Positions 42,459-51,197 of a stretch of DNA of 64,000 nt are shown here, one piece after another. Both the position numbers and the translations under genes were made by a program. This DNA is from Candidatus Aldehydirespirator sp. (GTDB lineage Bacteria > Actinomycetota > Acidimicrobiia > Acidimicrobiales > Aldehydirespiratoraceae), in contig OZ244872.1 in assembly GCA_965221215.1 (NCBI GenBank), forward strand, positions 3,030,340 through 3,094,339, given 5' to 3'. Below the pieces are notes generated by a model. It had not been told where the DNA came from, searched no databases, and saw only the letters and a list, made by a program, of their open reading frames with translations. The stretch's first letter is position 1. Every line of letters starts with the position of its first letter.

Positions 42459-44504
42459 GTGTCGTCGCCATCCATCAGAAACGTCGTCCTCGTCGGCCAC
42501 AACGGCAACGGCAAGACCACCCTGGCCGAGGCGATGCTGTACCGGGCCGGTGTGGTGAGCCGGATGGGCCGGGTCGACGAGGGCACCGCCCACTGCGACT
42601 ACGACCCCGAGGAGCGCGCCCGCCACCAGAGCCTGACCGTGTCGCTGGCATCGTTCGACTGGCGGGGCCACCGGATCAACCTGATCGACACGCCCGGCTA
42701 CACCGACTTCGCAGGCGACGCCGTCAACGGCATGCACGCCGCCGACCTGGCCGTGTTCGTGGTGGACGCAGTGTCGGGGGTCCAGGCCCAGGACCAGGTG
42801 ATGTGGCGCCACGCCGAGCGGCTGGGCCTGCCCCGGATGGTGTTCGTCAACGGCCTCGACCGGGAGCGCTCCTCCTTCGAGCGCACCCTCGACGACCTGC
42901 AGTCGCATTTCGGCTCGCGGGTCGAGGCGGTGGAGCTGCCGCTGGGGGCGGAGGCGTCGTTCCACGGCATTGCCGATCTGGTGGGCGACGGCGCCCTCGA
43001 CTACAGCAGCGGGCAGTCGGCCGACGCGCCCGTACCCGACGATGTGGCCCCGGCCGCGTCCGACGGCCACACCCAGCTGGTGGAGGATGTGGTGGAGGGC
43101 GACGACGAGCTGCTCGAGCAGTATCTGGAGGGCGTCGAGCCGACCCAGGAGCAGCTGCAGCAGCTGATCCGCGACGCGGTCGCCCAGCGCAGCGTGTTCC
43201 CGGTGCTGTGCGGCTCGGCGGCCAAGCCCATCGGCGTGGACCATCTGCTCGACTTCATCGGCCGGGTCGGTCCCGCCCCCGGCGCCAACGGACCGGTGGC
43301 CGCAGTGCGGGGCGGCGAGTCGGTGGAGCTGGACGGCGACGAGTCCGGCTCGCCGGCCGCGCTGGTGTTCAAGACCCGCATCGACGACTTCCTCGGACAG
43401 ATCTCGTTCCTCAAAGTGCTGTCAGGGACGATCCGCTCCAACGACACCCTGGTCAACAGCCGCACCGGCGACAAGGAGCGGCTCCACAATCTCATGTCGT
43501 TCACCGGCGCCGACCACCAGGGCACAGGTCAGGCCGCAGCCGGCGACATCGTGGCCGTCACCAAGCTCGGCGACGTGCGCACCGGCGACACGCTGTCGAA
43601 CGATGCGGCCCTCTCGGTGCCGATAACGCCGCCGCCGACGCCGGTGTACGGGGTGGCGGTGCACGCCACGGCCCCGGCCCAGGAGGACAAGCTGGCCTCG
43701 GCGCTGCGCCGCTTCGCCACCGAGGATCCCAGCCTGGTGATCCGCCAGGATCCCACCACCCGCCAGACGGTGCTGTCGGGGGCGGGCGAGGCCCACATCC
43801 GGGTGGTGCGGTCGCGCCTCGAGCGCATGGGAATCGACTTCGAGGTGGAGGACATGAAGGTGGCGTACCTCGAGACGCTGGCCCGTCCCGCCGACGTGGA
43901 GGCCAAGCACAAGAAGCAGAGCGGCGGCCACGGGCAGTTCGCGGTGGCGATGGTGCGCTTCGAGCCGCTGGCCAGGGGCGGCGGCTACGAGTTCGACACC
44001 GAGGTGAGCGGCGGCGCCATCCCCCGGAACCTGATCCCCGCAGTGGGGGCGGGCATCGGCGAGGCCATGGCCAACGGCGGCCGGCACGGCTTCCCGATGG
44101 TGGACCTGCGGGCGGTGTGCTACGACGGCAAGCACCACTCGGTGGACTCGTCGGAGATGAGCTTCAAGATCGCGGGGTCGCTGGCCCTCAAGCAGGCAGT
44201 GGAGCAGGCGGGCAGCGCAGTGCTCGAACCGATCAGCGAGATCAGCGTCGAGGTGCCCGACAGCTACCAGGGCGACGTGCTGGGCGATCTGAACTCTCGC
44301 CGGGGCCAGGTGTTCGGCACCGAGCCGGGGTCCGCGGCGGGCACCAGCGTGATCCGGGCCCACGTGCCCACCTCGGAGATCCTCAGCTACGTGATCGACT
44401 TGCGGTCGATGACCGGCGGCACCGGCACCTTCAGCGCCGAGCACCACGACTACCAGCCGCTGCCCCACGCCCTGCTGTCGAAGGTCGTAGTCCAAGACGA
44501 CTGA
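42459..44504 (+). CDS. Elongation factor G paralogue (EF-G-like GTPase)
   Basis: G1 GHNGNGKTT, G3 DTPGYTDF and domains II-V are recognisable. GTG start with GGGAGGGA upstream. Confidence 0.8.
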   Translation: MSSPSIRNVVLVGHNGNGKTTLAEAMLYRAGVVSRMGRVDEGTAHCDYDPEERARHQSLTVSLASFDWRGHRINLIDTPGYTDFAGDAVNGMHAADLAVFVVDAVSGVQAQDQVMWRHAERLGLPRMVFVNGLDRERSSFERTLDDLQSHFGSRVEAVELPLGAEASFHGIADLVGDGALDYSSGQSADAPVPDDVAPAASDGHTQLVEDVVEGDDELLEQYLEGVEPTQEQLQQLIRDAVAQRSVFPVLCGSAAKPIGVDHLLDFIGRVGPAPGANGPVAAVRGGESVELDGDESGSPAALVFKTRIDDFLGQISFLKVLSGTIRSNDTLVNSRTGDKERLHNLMSFTGADHQGTGQAAAGDIVAVTKLGDVRTGDTLSNDAALSVPITPPPTPVYGVAVHATAPAQEDKLASALRRFATEDPSLVIRQDPTTRQTVLSGAGEAHIRVVRSRLERMGIDFEVEDMKVAYLETLARPADVEAKHKKQSGGHGQFAVAMVRFEPLARGGGYEFDTEVSGGAIPRNLIPAVGAGIGEAMANGGRHGFPMVDLRAVCYDGKHHSVDSSEMSFKIAGSLALKQAVEQAGSAVLEPISEISVEVPDSYQGDVLGDLNSRRGQVFGTEPGSAAGTSVIRAHVPTSEILSYVIDLRSMTGGTGTFSAEHHDYQPLPHALLSKVVVQDD

Positions 44505-44538
44505 CCACCGTCCGGCCAGGCAACCGGACTGGATTCAG

Positions 44539-44613
44539 CGCGCTCGGAGGGACTCGAACCCCCAACCTTCTGATCCGTAGTCAGATGCTCTATCCAAATT
44601 GAGCTACGAGCGC
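44539..44613 (-). tRNA. tRNA-Arg (anticodon ACG)
   Basis: Cloverleaf read by hand: GCGCTCG/CGAGCGC acceptor stem, anticodon arm TCTGA-CTACGGA-TCAGA, T-loop TTCGAGT. Confidence 0.85.
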
Positions 44614-44685
44614 TAGGGGAAGCCGCAAGTGTAGCGCCCCCCAAACCCCCACGACCCTTGATATCTCCGCCGCGACAAGAAAGGG

Positions 44686-44774
44686 CGGAGACGGTGGGAT
44701 TCGAACCCACGAACGACTTGCATCGTTACTTCCTTAGCAGGGAAGCGCCTTCAACCAGACTCGGCCACGTCTCC
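44686..44774 (-). tRNA. tRNA-Ser (anticodon GCU)
   Basis: GGAGACG/CGTCTCC acceptor stem, anticodon arm CTTCC-CTGCTAA-GGAAG, long variable arm, T-loop TTCGAAT. Confidence 0.85.
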
Positions 44775-44944
44775 GGAAGCCCTGAGCGTACAGCGTGTGA
44801 CTCTTTCGCAGCCCCGTGCCGGTCGCGTCGGCCACCCCTTGGCCCTGCAGGAGCCGGGTGAAGCAGGGGCGGACGTGTCGGGCATCTCGAGGAAGTAGCC
44901 TTACGCCCGCTTTGCTGGAGGTCAGCTGAAGCCCTATCGGTGCA

Positions 44945-47407
44945 GTGCCGGGATCGAATGTCAAGAAGGGGACTCGTGTGAGCAAGCTCTTTGGTGTGTA
45001 CGGACGCTGGGTCGGGAAGCGTCCCTGGACCGCGCTGCTGGCTGTGGCCGCGGTCACCGTGGTGGCGGTGGTCGGCTTCACCATGACCGAGGAGACGGCC
45101 GACCTGCAGGACGCGTTCCTGCCCGAGAGCAGCGAGCTGGTTGCAGCCATGGACAAGCTCACCGAGAGCTTCCCCGCCTCCGCTGAGCTAGAAGCGGTGC
45201 AGGTGGTGCTGCGCGGTGATGTGCGCAGCCCCGCGGGAGCGGCCGACTCGGTGGCGGCCACCGCGGCGGCGGCCACCCATCCCGGCCTGTCGCAGTACCT
45301 GTTCGCAGCCCGGCCGCCGGTGTCGCCCGGCGGTTTGATCGCCTCGATGGTCGCCGGGCCCGGAGGCGACCCCCGCAGCGTCGACCTGGCGTCGCTGTCG
45401 CAGGCCGACATCGACGCCGCCATCGCCGATGACGCCAACGCCGAGCTGCGGGCCGTGCTCGAGGAGCTCACCGCCCGCGACAGCACCGGCGCGGTGGTGG
45501 GCGGAATCGGCGTGGTGACGGTCAACGCCGGCGGCGACGCCGACGGCCTCGTAGAAGCCCAACTAGCCGTCGATGACGCGGTCAAGGCGGTGCCGCTCGG
45601 CGAGCTCGACTCGGCCCGCACCGCGTCGTCGGGCAAGAACGACAAGGAGTCCGACGACTCCAGCCAATCCTCGATGGCGCTGCTGATGGCCATTGCCTTC
45701 GCGGTGATCGCAGTGCTGCTGGTGCTGTTCTACCGCCAGCTCAGCGACGTGATTCTGAGCATGGGCGGCCTGGTGCTCACCATCGTGTGGGCGCTCGGAT
45801 TCCAGGGGCTGCTCGGCCCCGGCGGGGCGGGAGTCATCGGCGCGCCCAGCGTGCTGGGCCAGATGGTTCCGGTGATGCTGATCGGCCTGTGCGTGGACTA
45901 CGGCATCCAGGGCACGGCCCGCTACCGGGAGATCCGAGCTGAGGGCGACGGGGCGTCGGAGGGGATCTCGAAGTCGGTGGGCAGCGTGATGCTGCCTCTG
46001 GGCCTCGCCGGTGTCACCACCATCGTGAGCTTCCTCACCAACCTGATCGGCGACATCTCTGGGCTGGCCGACTTCGGTGTGGTGGCCGCCATCGGCGTGC
46101 TCAGCGGTCTGATCGTGTTCCTCACCGGAGTGCCCGCGGTGCGGGTGCTGCTCGACCGGCGCGCCGACGCCAAGGGCAAGCAGCCCCAGCTGCGCCCCAT
46201 CGATCAGGCCATCCCCGGTGCAGGCACCCTCGTGGGGAACATCGGCAACGCCACTGTGCGCAAGCCGTCGGTGATCCTGGTGGCCACCGGGGTGGTGACC
46301 CTCTTCTTCGGTGCCCTCACCACGCAACTCGGCACCGAGTTCAACTCGGCCGACTTCCTGCCCGACGGCACCGAGAGCAAGGAAGACGTGCTGTTCCTGA
46401 CCGACAACCTCGGCGGCAACACTGAGCCCGTGACTGTGCTGGTGGAGTCCGAGATCACCAACGACCGCACGCTGCGCAACCTGCTGGACTTCGCGGCGGC
46501 CATCGAGGATCCCTCTCAGAAGCCCGCCGCGGTGAGCAGCGACATCACCAACTCGCTGGGCATCTACTACCAGTCGCTGCCCGCCGACGTGCAGGACCAG
46601 ATCTCCGAGGAGCTCAGACTCGGCTTCGCAAGCCCGCTGCAGATCAACAGCGCCGCCATCGAGCAAGTTCTGCAAACCATGCGGAACCACGATCCGGCCA
46701 CCTTCGACTCGCTCGTGTCTTACGGCGCCGACGGCGAAGACGACCGCACCATCTTGCAGTTCAACGCGCTGACTGGCGACGCCGACGCCACCCGAGACTT
46801 GTTCGCCGATGTGGACGGCCTGTGGTTCGGCGACGACGACGACATCACCCCCATCGCCAACGAGATCACCTCGCTGGAGGTGACCGACAGCCTCACTGCC
46901 AGCCAGGCCACCTCCATCGTGTTGACCATCGTGGCCGCGCTGGTGGTGCTGGTGCTGTTCTTCTGGGTGACCGAGTTCCGGCCGATGCTGGCGGTGCTGT
47001 CGGTGCTGCCGATCCTGCTGGTGCTGGTGTGGGTGCTGGGCACGATGGTGCTGCTCGGTTACAGCTACAACGTGATCACCGCGCTGATCACCGCGCTGTC
47101 CATCGGCATCGGCGTGGACTACACCATCCACGTCACCCACCGGTTCGTGGAGGAGATCGAGCACGGCAAGAAGATCGCCGAGGCCATCAACGTCACCATG
47201 CGCACCACCGGAGGGGCACTGCTCGGATCAGCTCTCACCACTGCCCTGGGCTTCACGGTGCTGGTGTTCAGCCCCATCGCGCCGATGGGCCAGTTCGGGC
47301 TGCTGACCGCCATCACGGTCAGCTACTCGCTGATCGCGGCGGTGGTGGTGCTGCCGCCGATGCTGGTGTCTTGGGCCGCCTACCACGCCTGGAGACAGGC
47401 CAACTGA
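44945..47407 (+). CDS. MMPL/RND-superfamily membrane transporter
   Basis: 820 aa with two 6-TM bundles separated by soluble loops (MMPL architecture). GTG start; the exact start is uncertain. Confidence 0.75.
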   Translation: MPGSNVKKGTRVSKLFGVYGRWVGKRPWTALLAVAAVTVVAVVGFTMTEETADLQDAFLPESSELVAAMDKLTESFPASAELEAVQVVLRGDVRSPAGAADSVAATAAAATHPGLSQYLFAARPPVSPGGLIASMVAGPGGDPRSVDLASLSQADIDAAIADDANAELRAVLEELTARDSTGAVVGGIGVVTVNAGGDADGLVEAQLAVDDAVKAVPLGELDSARTASSGKNDKESDDSSQSSMALLMAIAFAVIAVLLVLFYRQLSDVILSMGGLVLTIVWALGFQGLLGPGGAGVIGAPSVLGQMVPVMLIGLCVDYGIQGTARYREIRAEGDGASEGISKSVGSVMLPLGLAGVTTIVSFLTNLIGDISGLADFGVVAAIGVLSGLIVFLTGVPAVRVLLDRRADAKGKQPQLRPIDQAIPGAGTLVGNIGNATVRKPSVILVATGVVTLFFGALTTQLGTEFNSADFLPDGTESKEDVLFLTDNLGGNTEPVTVLVESEITNDRTLRNLLDFAAAIEDPSQKPAAVSSDITNSLGIYYQSLPADVQDQISEELRLGFASPLQINSAAIEQVLQTMRNHDPATFDSLVSYGADGEDDRTILQFNALTGDADATRDLFADVDGLWFGDDDDITPIANEITSLEVTDSLTASQATSIVLTIVAALVVLVLFFWVTEFRPMLAVLSVLPILLVLVWVLGTMVLLGYSYNVITALITALSIGIGVDYTIHVTHRFVEEIEHGKKIAEAINVTMRTTGGALLGSALTTALGFTVLVFSPIAPMGQFGLLTAITVSYSLIAAVVVLPPMLVSWAAYHAWRQAN

Positions 47408-47514
47408 CCGCGCCCGACAACTGACCGCCGGCGGCGCTCACCCGCTGTCGGCGGGCAGGCTGGCGCGGCGGTCTGATCCACAGCCGCTCAGGGGGCGCGG
47501 GATAGCCTCCCGGA

Positions 47515-48219
47515 ATGTCCAGCCGCCCGCTCGCCGCCGCGGCTCGCGTCCTGCGGGCCGAGCGCTACGACATCATCCTGGGCATCTGCACGGCCACGGT
47601 GGTGCTCACGGTGACGGGCGTGGACGCGCTCACCGCGGTGGCGGGCCTGGTCGGGCTGGTGCTGGTGACCGGCACGCTGATCGAGACATCGGCCCGGGTA
47701 CGATACCGGCTGCGGGCCTGGATCCTGCTGGCGGCGGCGGCCGCGGCGGCCGGCATCGAGCTCGCCGTCGCGGGTCAGTCCGAGGCGCGGCTGAGTCCGG
47801 CCATCATCATGCTGCTCGGCTTCGCGGCTGCGCTGGCCGTCACCCGGCAGGTGCTGTCGCAGCCGTTCCCCAGCACCACGTCGATAGCAGCATCGGCCTG
47901 CGCCTACCTGCTCATCGGGTATTCGTTCGCGAGCCTGTACGTGCTCATCGACCGCTCCATCAGCGGCGCCTTCCTGGCCTCGGGCGAGCCTCTCACGCCC
48001 GAGTCGGCCATCTACTTCAGCTTCGTCACGCTGACAACGCTCGGCTTCGGCGACCTGGCCCCGGCCCCATCGAGCGGCCGGGTGATCGTCACGCTCGAGG
48101 CCATGGTCGGGCAGTTCTACATCGCCATTGCGGTGGCCCGCCTGGTGGCCGCGATGGCAGTGGGCGCCACCCCGCAGCCGGAGCGGAGGGAGGGGGATTC
48201 GAACCCCCGGGACCGGTGA
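47515..48219 (+). CDS. Two-TM-pore potassium channel family protein
   Basis: Pore helix and selectivity filter SAIYFSFVTLTTLGFGDLAP. The last 36 nt overlap tRNA-Ser(UGA) on the opposite strand. Confidence 0.7.
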   Translation: MSSRPLAAAARVLRAERYDIILGICTATVVLTVTGVDALTAVAGLVGLVLVTGTLIETSARVRYRLRAWILLAAAAAAAGIELAVAGQSEARLSPAIIMLLGFAAALAVTRQVLSQPFPSTTSIAASACAYLLIGYSFASLYVLIDRSISGAFLASGEPLTPESAIYFSFVTLTTLGFGDLAPAPSSGRVIVTLEAMVGQFYIAIAVARLVAAMAVGATPQPERREGDSNPRDR

Positions 48220-48270
48220 AGGCCCAACGGTTTTCAAGACCGTCGCAATCGTCCGCTCTGCCATCCCTCC
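48184..48270 (-). tRNA. tRNA-Ser (anticodon UGA)
   Basis: GGAGGGA/TCCCTCC acceptor stem, anticodon arm ACGGT-CTTGAAA-ACCGT, long variable arm, T-loop TTCGAAT. Confidence 0.85.
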
Positions 48271-48281
48271 ACCGCCAAGGA

Positions 48282-48322
48282 TAAGAGGCCGGGCGAATAG
48301 GTGAGCGAACTCGGCCCGTAGC
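48282..48322 (+). repeat. DR family, copy F (left-end fragment)
   Basis: taagaggccgggcgaataggtgagcgaactcggcccgta, compared with gaggccgagcgggtaggcgagcgattccggcccata. Confidence 0.55.
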
Positions 48323-48376
48323 CTCTCGCCGAGCCGCTAGCCTCGTGGACCCGGTCCGCCCGCGGGTCGGAGCCAC

Positions 48377-48461
<85 letters not shown>

Positions 48462-48472
48462 CTCCCCACATC

Positions 48473-49195
48473 TCAGCCTGCGAAGGCGGCGAGCCACTGC
48501 TCGCGACTGGTGGGGCGGAACACATAGTTGCGTTCGCGGGTGGCGCCCATAGTGGCCGCCGACTCCAGCGAGTAGCGGTGGCCCGGATAGAGCACCGCCT
48601 CGTCGGGCACCCGAGCCAGCCGGGTGGTGAGGCTCTCATACATCTGGGCTGGGTCGGAGCCGGGCAGGTCCATCCGACCGCATCCCTCCAGGAAGAGAGT
48701 GTCGCCGGCCACCAGCCGTCCATCCACCAGGAAGCACTGGCTGCCGGGGGTGTGGCCCGGAGTGGCGATCAGCTCGATATCGACTGCGCCCACCCGGACC
48801 ACGTCGGCCGAGGCGTGGCTGGTCAGGCAGTCGGCATCCACCCCGGTCACCTTCCTGACGTACTCGGTCTCGGCAGCCTGCACATGGATCGGAACCGACA
48901 CCCGCTCCAGCAGCCGGCTGATGCCCTCGATGCTGAGGCCCATCATCTCGCCGCCCACATGGTCGGGGTGGTAGTGGGTGGCCAGCACGCCGACGCAGGC
49001 CATGTCGTCGGCTTCCAACAGGTCGAGCAGCTCGCCGGTGTCGTAGGCCGGATCGACGAGCACGGCCTGGCCGGTCTGGCGGTCGCCGACGGCGTAAACG
49101 AAGTTCGCCATCTGGCCGGCCAGCGGATCGCCCGCCGCAAAGTCGTGCCCCGACAGCCACTGGCGAAAGTACAGCCGATCCTCCACGGCGGCCAC
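48473..49195 (-). CDS. MBL-fold metallo-hydrolase
   Basis: THYHPDHVGG metal motif, TPGHTPGS, and a downstream His/Asp ligand pattern. Confidence 0.8.
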   Translation of the reverse strand: MAAVEDRLYFRQWLSGHDFAAGDPLAGQMANFVYAVGDRQTGQAVLVDPAYDTGELLDLLEADDMACVGVLATHYHPDHVGGEMMGLSIEGISRLLERVSVPIHVQAAETEYVRKVTGVDADCLTSHASADVVRVGAVDIELIATPGHTPGSQCFLVDGRLVAGDTLFLEGCGRMDLPGSDPAQMYESLTTRLARVPDEAVLYPGHRYSLESAATMGATRERNYVFRPTSREQWLAAFAG

Positions 49196-49317
49196 CCTAG
49201 AGGTTGAGGCGCTGGACCCAGCCCGCTGCGGCAGCCGAGCCGGCCGGCCTTGTCCGGCCCAGCGCGACGACGTCGCCGCGGCGCTGATCTCGGTGGCGGG
49301 ACCGTACCCTGCCGTGG

Positions 49318-50250
49318 ATGGAGCCGTCCGAGCCGACCGTCGGATACCTGGGTCCGCCGGGGACGTTCACCGAGCAGGCGATCTACTCCCAGCGAGACCT
49401 GGCCCGCATGAACCACCGGCCCATCAACTCGATCGTCGACGTGCTGCGGGCGGTGGGCAGCGGCGAGGTCGACCTGGGCTTGGTTGCCATCGAGAACATG
49501 ATCGAGGGTTCGGTCACCGCCACCCTCGACGCGCTGGCCTTCGACACCGACCTGTTCATCCAGCGCGAGGTGATAATCGACGTCAACCTCAACCTGCTGG
49601 GCGCGCCCGGCACGGCGCTGGAAGGGGTGGAGCGGATCCGCTCCTATCCGGTGGCCCACGCCCAGTGCCGCGAGTATCTGGCCGCCAAGCTCCCCGGAGC
49701 GGTGTTCGAGGCCACCAACTCGACTGCCGATGCGGCCCGCAGCCTGGCCGAGTCGGGCGACCGCACCACCGCGGCCATCGCGCCGCTGCGCTCGGCGGAG
49801 GTGTACGGGCTCGACGTGCTGGCCGCCGACATCGCCGACCGTGCCGACAACCAGACCCGCTTCGTGCTGGTCGGCGCCGATGTGATCGCCCCGCCGACCG
49901 GCCACGACAAGACCAGCATGGTCATCTACCAGCGCTCCGACGTGCCGGGCTCGCTGATCGGCATCCTGGGCGAGTTCGCGGCCCGAGCCATCAACCTCAC
50001 CAGCCTCCAGAGCCGCCCCACCAAGGCCAGCCTGGGCCAGTACTGCTTTCTGCTCGACTGCGAGGGCCACATCGCCGACGAGGTGGTGGCCGATGCCCTG
50101 CGCAACCTGAGCATGAAGACGTCCCGGGTGAAGTTCCTCGGCTCGTACCCGTCGGCGTCGGCCGACCATCACGACCATGCGATGAACCAGGCCGAGATGA
50201 GCAAAGCGTCCGGCTGGATCGAAGACCTGAGGGCCCGGATCCTGCACTGA
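49318..50250 (+). CDS. pheA: Prephenate dehydratase
   Basis: YLGPPGTFTEQA, NQTRFVL, and an ACT domain with the ESRP-type LQSRPTK motif. Confidence 0.85.
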   Translation: MEPSEPTVGYLGPPGTFTEQAIYSQRDLARMNHRPINSIVDVLRAVGSGEVDLGLVAIENMIEGSVTATLDALAFDTDLFIQREVIIDVNLNLLGAPGTALEGVERIRSYPVAHAQCREYLAAKLPGAVFEATNSTADAARSLAESGDRTTAAIAPLRSAEVYGLDVLAADIADRADNQTRFVLVGADVIAPPTGHDKTSMVIYQRSDVPGSLIGILGEFAARAINLTSLQSRPTKASLGQYCFLLDCEGHIADEVVADALRNLSMKTSRVKFLGSYPSASADHHDHAMNQAEMSKASGWIEDLRARILH

Positions 50251-50333
50251 GGCCCGGTGGGCGGCTCTCCCGCAGGGCGGGGCTCGCTCGGCCTTTGGCT
50301 AGCCGAAATCGGGCGGCTACTAGCATCGTTGGG

Positions 50334-51119
50334 GTGCGTCTGGACTACGGGGCGGTCACCCATGTGGGGCTGCACCGCCGCGAGAATCAGGACCGCCATG
50401 TCGCCCGCAGCGACCTCTTCGCGGTGGCCGACGGACTTGGCAGCCACCGGGGCGGGGGCATCGCGGCGGGCATCGCCACCGAGATCCTCGCTGAGGTTGA
50501 GCGCGTCGAATCGGTGGAGCAGCTCATCGCTTTGGTGGGTGCGGTCAACGAGGCGATATTCGAGGCCGCCAAGGACGATCCCCGCCTGTTCGAGATGTCG
50601 ACCACGCTGTGCGTGCTGGCCGATATCGCCGGGTCTCGGCTGGCCGCCTGCAACGTCGGCGACTCGCGGCTGTACGCGCTCAACCAGGACAGCCTGACGG
50701 ACAGCCTGGCCCAGGTGACCGTCGACCACACCATCTCTGAGAATCTGCGGCGCGACGGCATCATCTCGGCCGCCGAGGCAGTCGAGCACGTCGACCGGCA
50801 CACACTCACCCGAGCAGTCGGATTCGAGCCACGGGTGTACGTGGACGGCTGGGAGTTGGCCGCGGTCGGCGGAACCCGCTTCCTGTTGTGCAGCGACGGC
50901 CTGAGCAACGAGTTGCCCGAACCCGAGATCGCCGAGATCCTGCGGTTTGCCGATGACCCCTCGGATGCCGCCAGCCGCCTGGTGCGGCGTGCGGTGCGCC
51001 CCGGCCGTGGCCGTGACAACGCAACCGCGGTCGTCGTCGAGGTCGTAGACGATCCCGAACTCGATTCCGGCCGTCCCGACCAGTTGGTGCTCGGTTTCCA
51101 CCCCGCCGTCGCGACCTGA
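50334..51119 (+). CDS. PP2C-family Ser/Thr protein phosphatase
   Basis: THVGLHRRENQD, VADGLGSH, CSDGLSN, DNATAVVV. GTG start. Confidence 0.8.
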   Translation: MRLDYGAVTHVGLHRRENQDRHVARSDLFAVADGLGSHRGGGIAAGIATEILAEVERVESVEQLIALVGAVNEAIFEAAKDDPRLFEMSTTLCVLADIAGSRLAACNVGDSRLYALNQDSLTDSLAQVTVDHTISENLRRDGIISAAEAVEHVDRHTLTRAVGFEPRVYVDGWELAAVGGTRFLLCSDGLSNELPEPEIAEILRFADDPSDAASRLVRRAVRPGRGRDNATAVVVEVVDDPELDSGRPDQLVLGFHPAVAT

Positions 51120-51197
51120 TCGCCCGAACCGGCTGGCGAAGCGGCGCGAGGACGCCTCAAACTGCCGGTTCGGGGGTGGCCGTTACAATGACTGACG

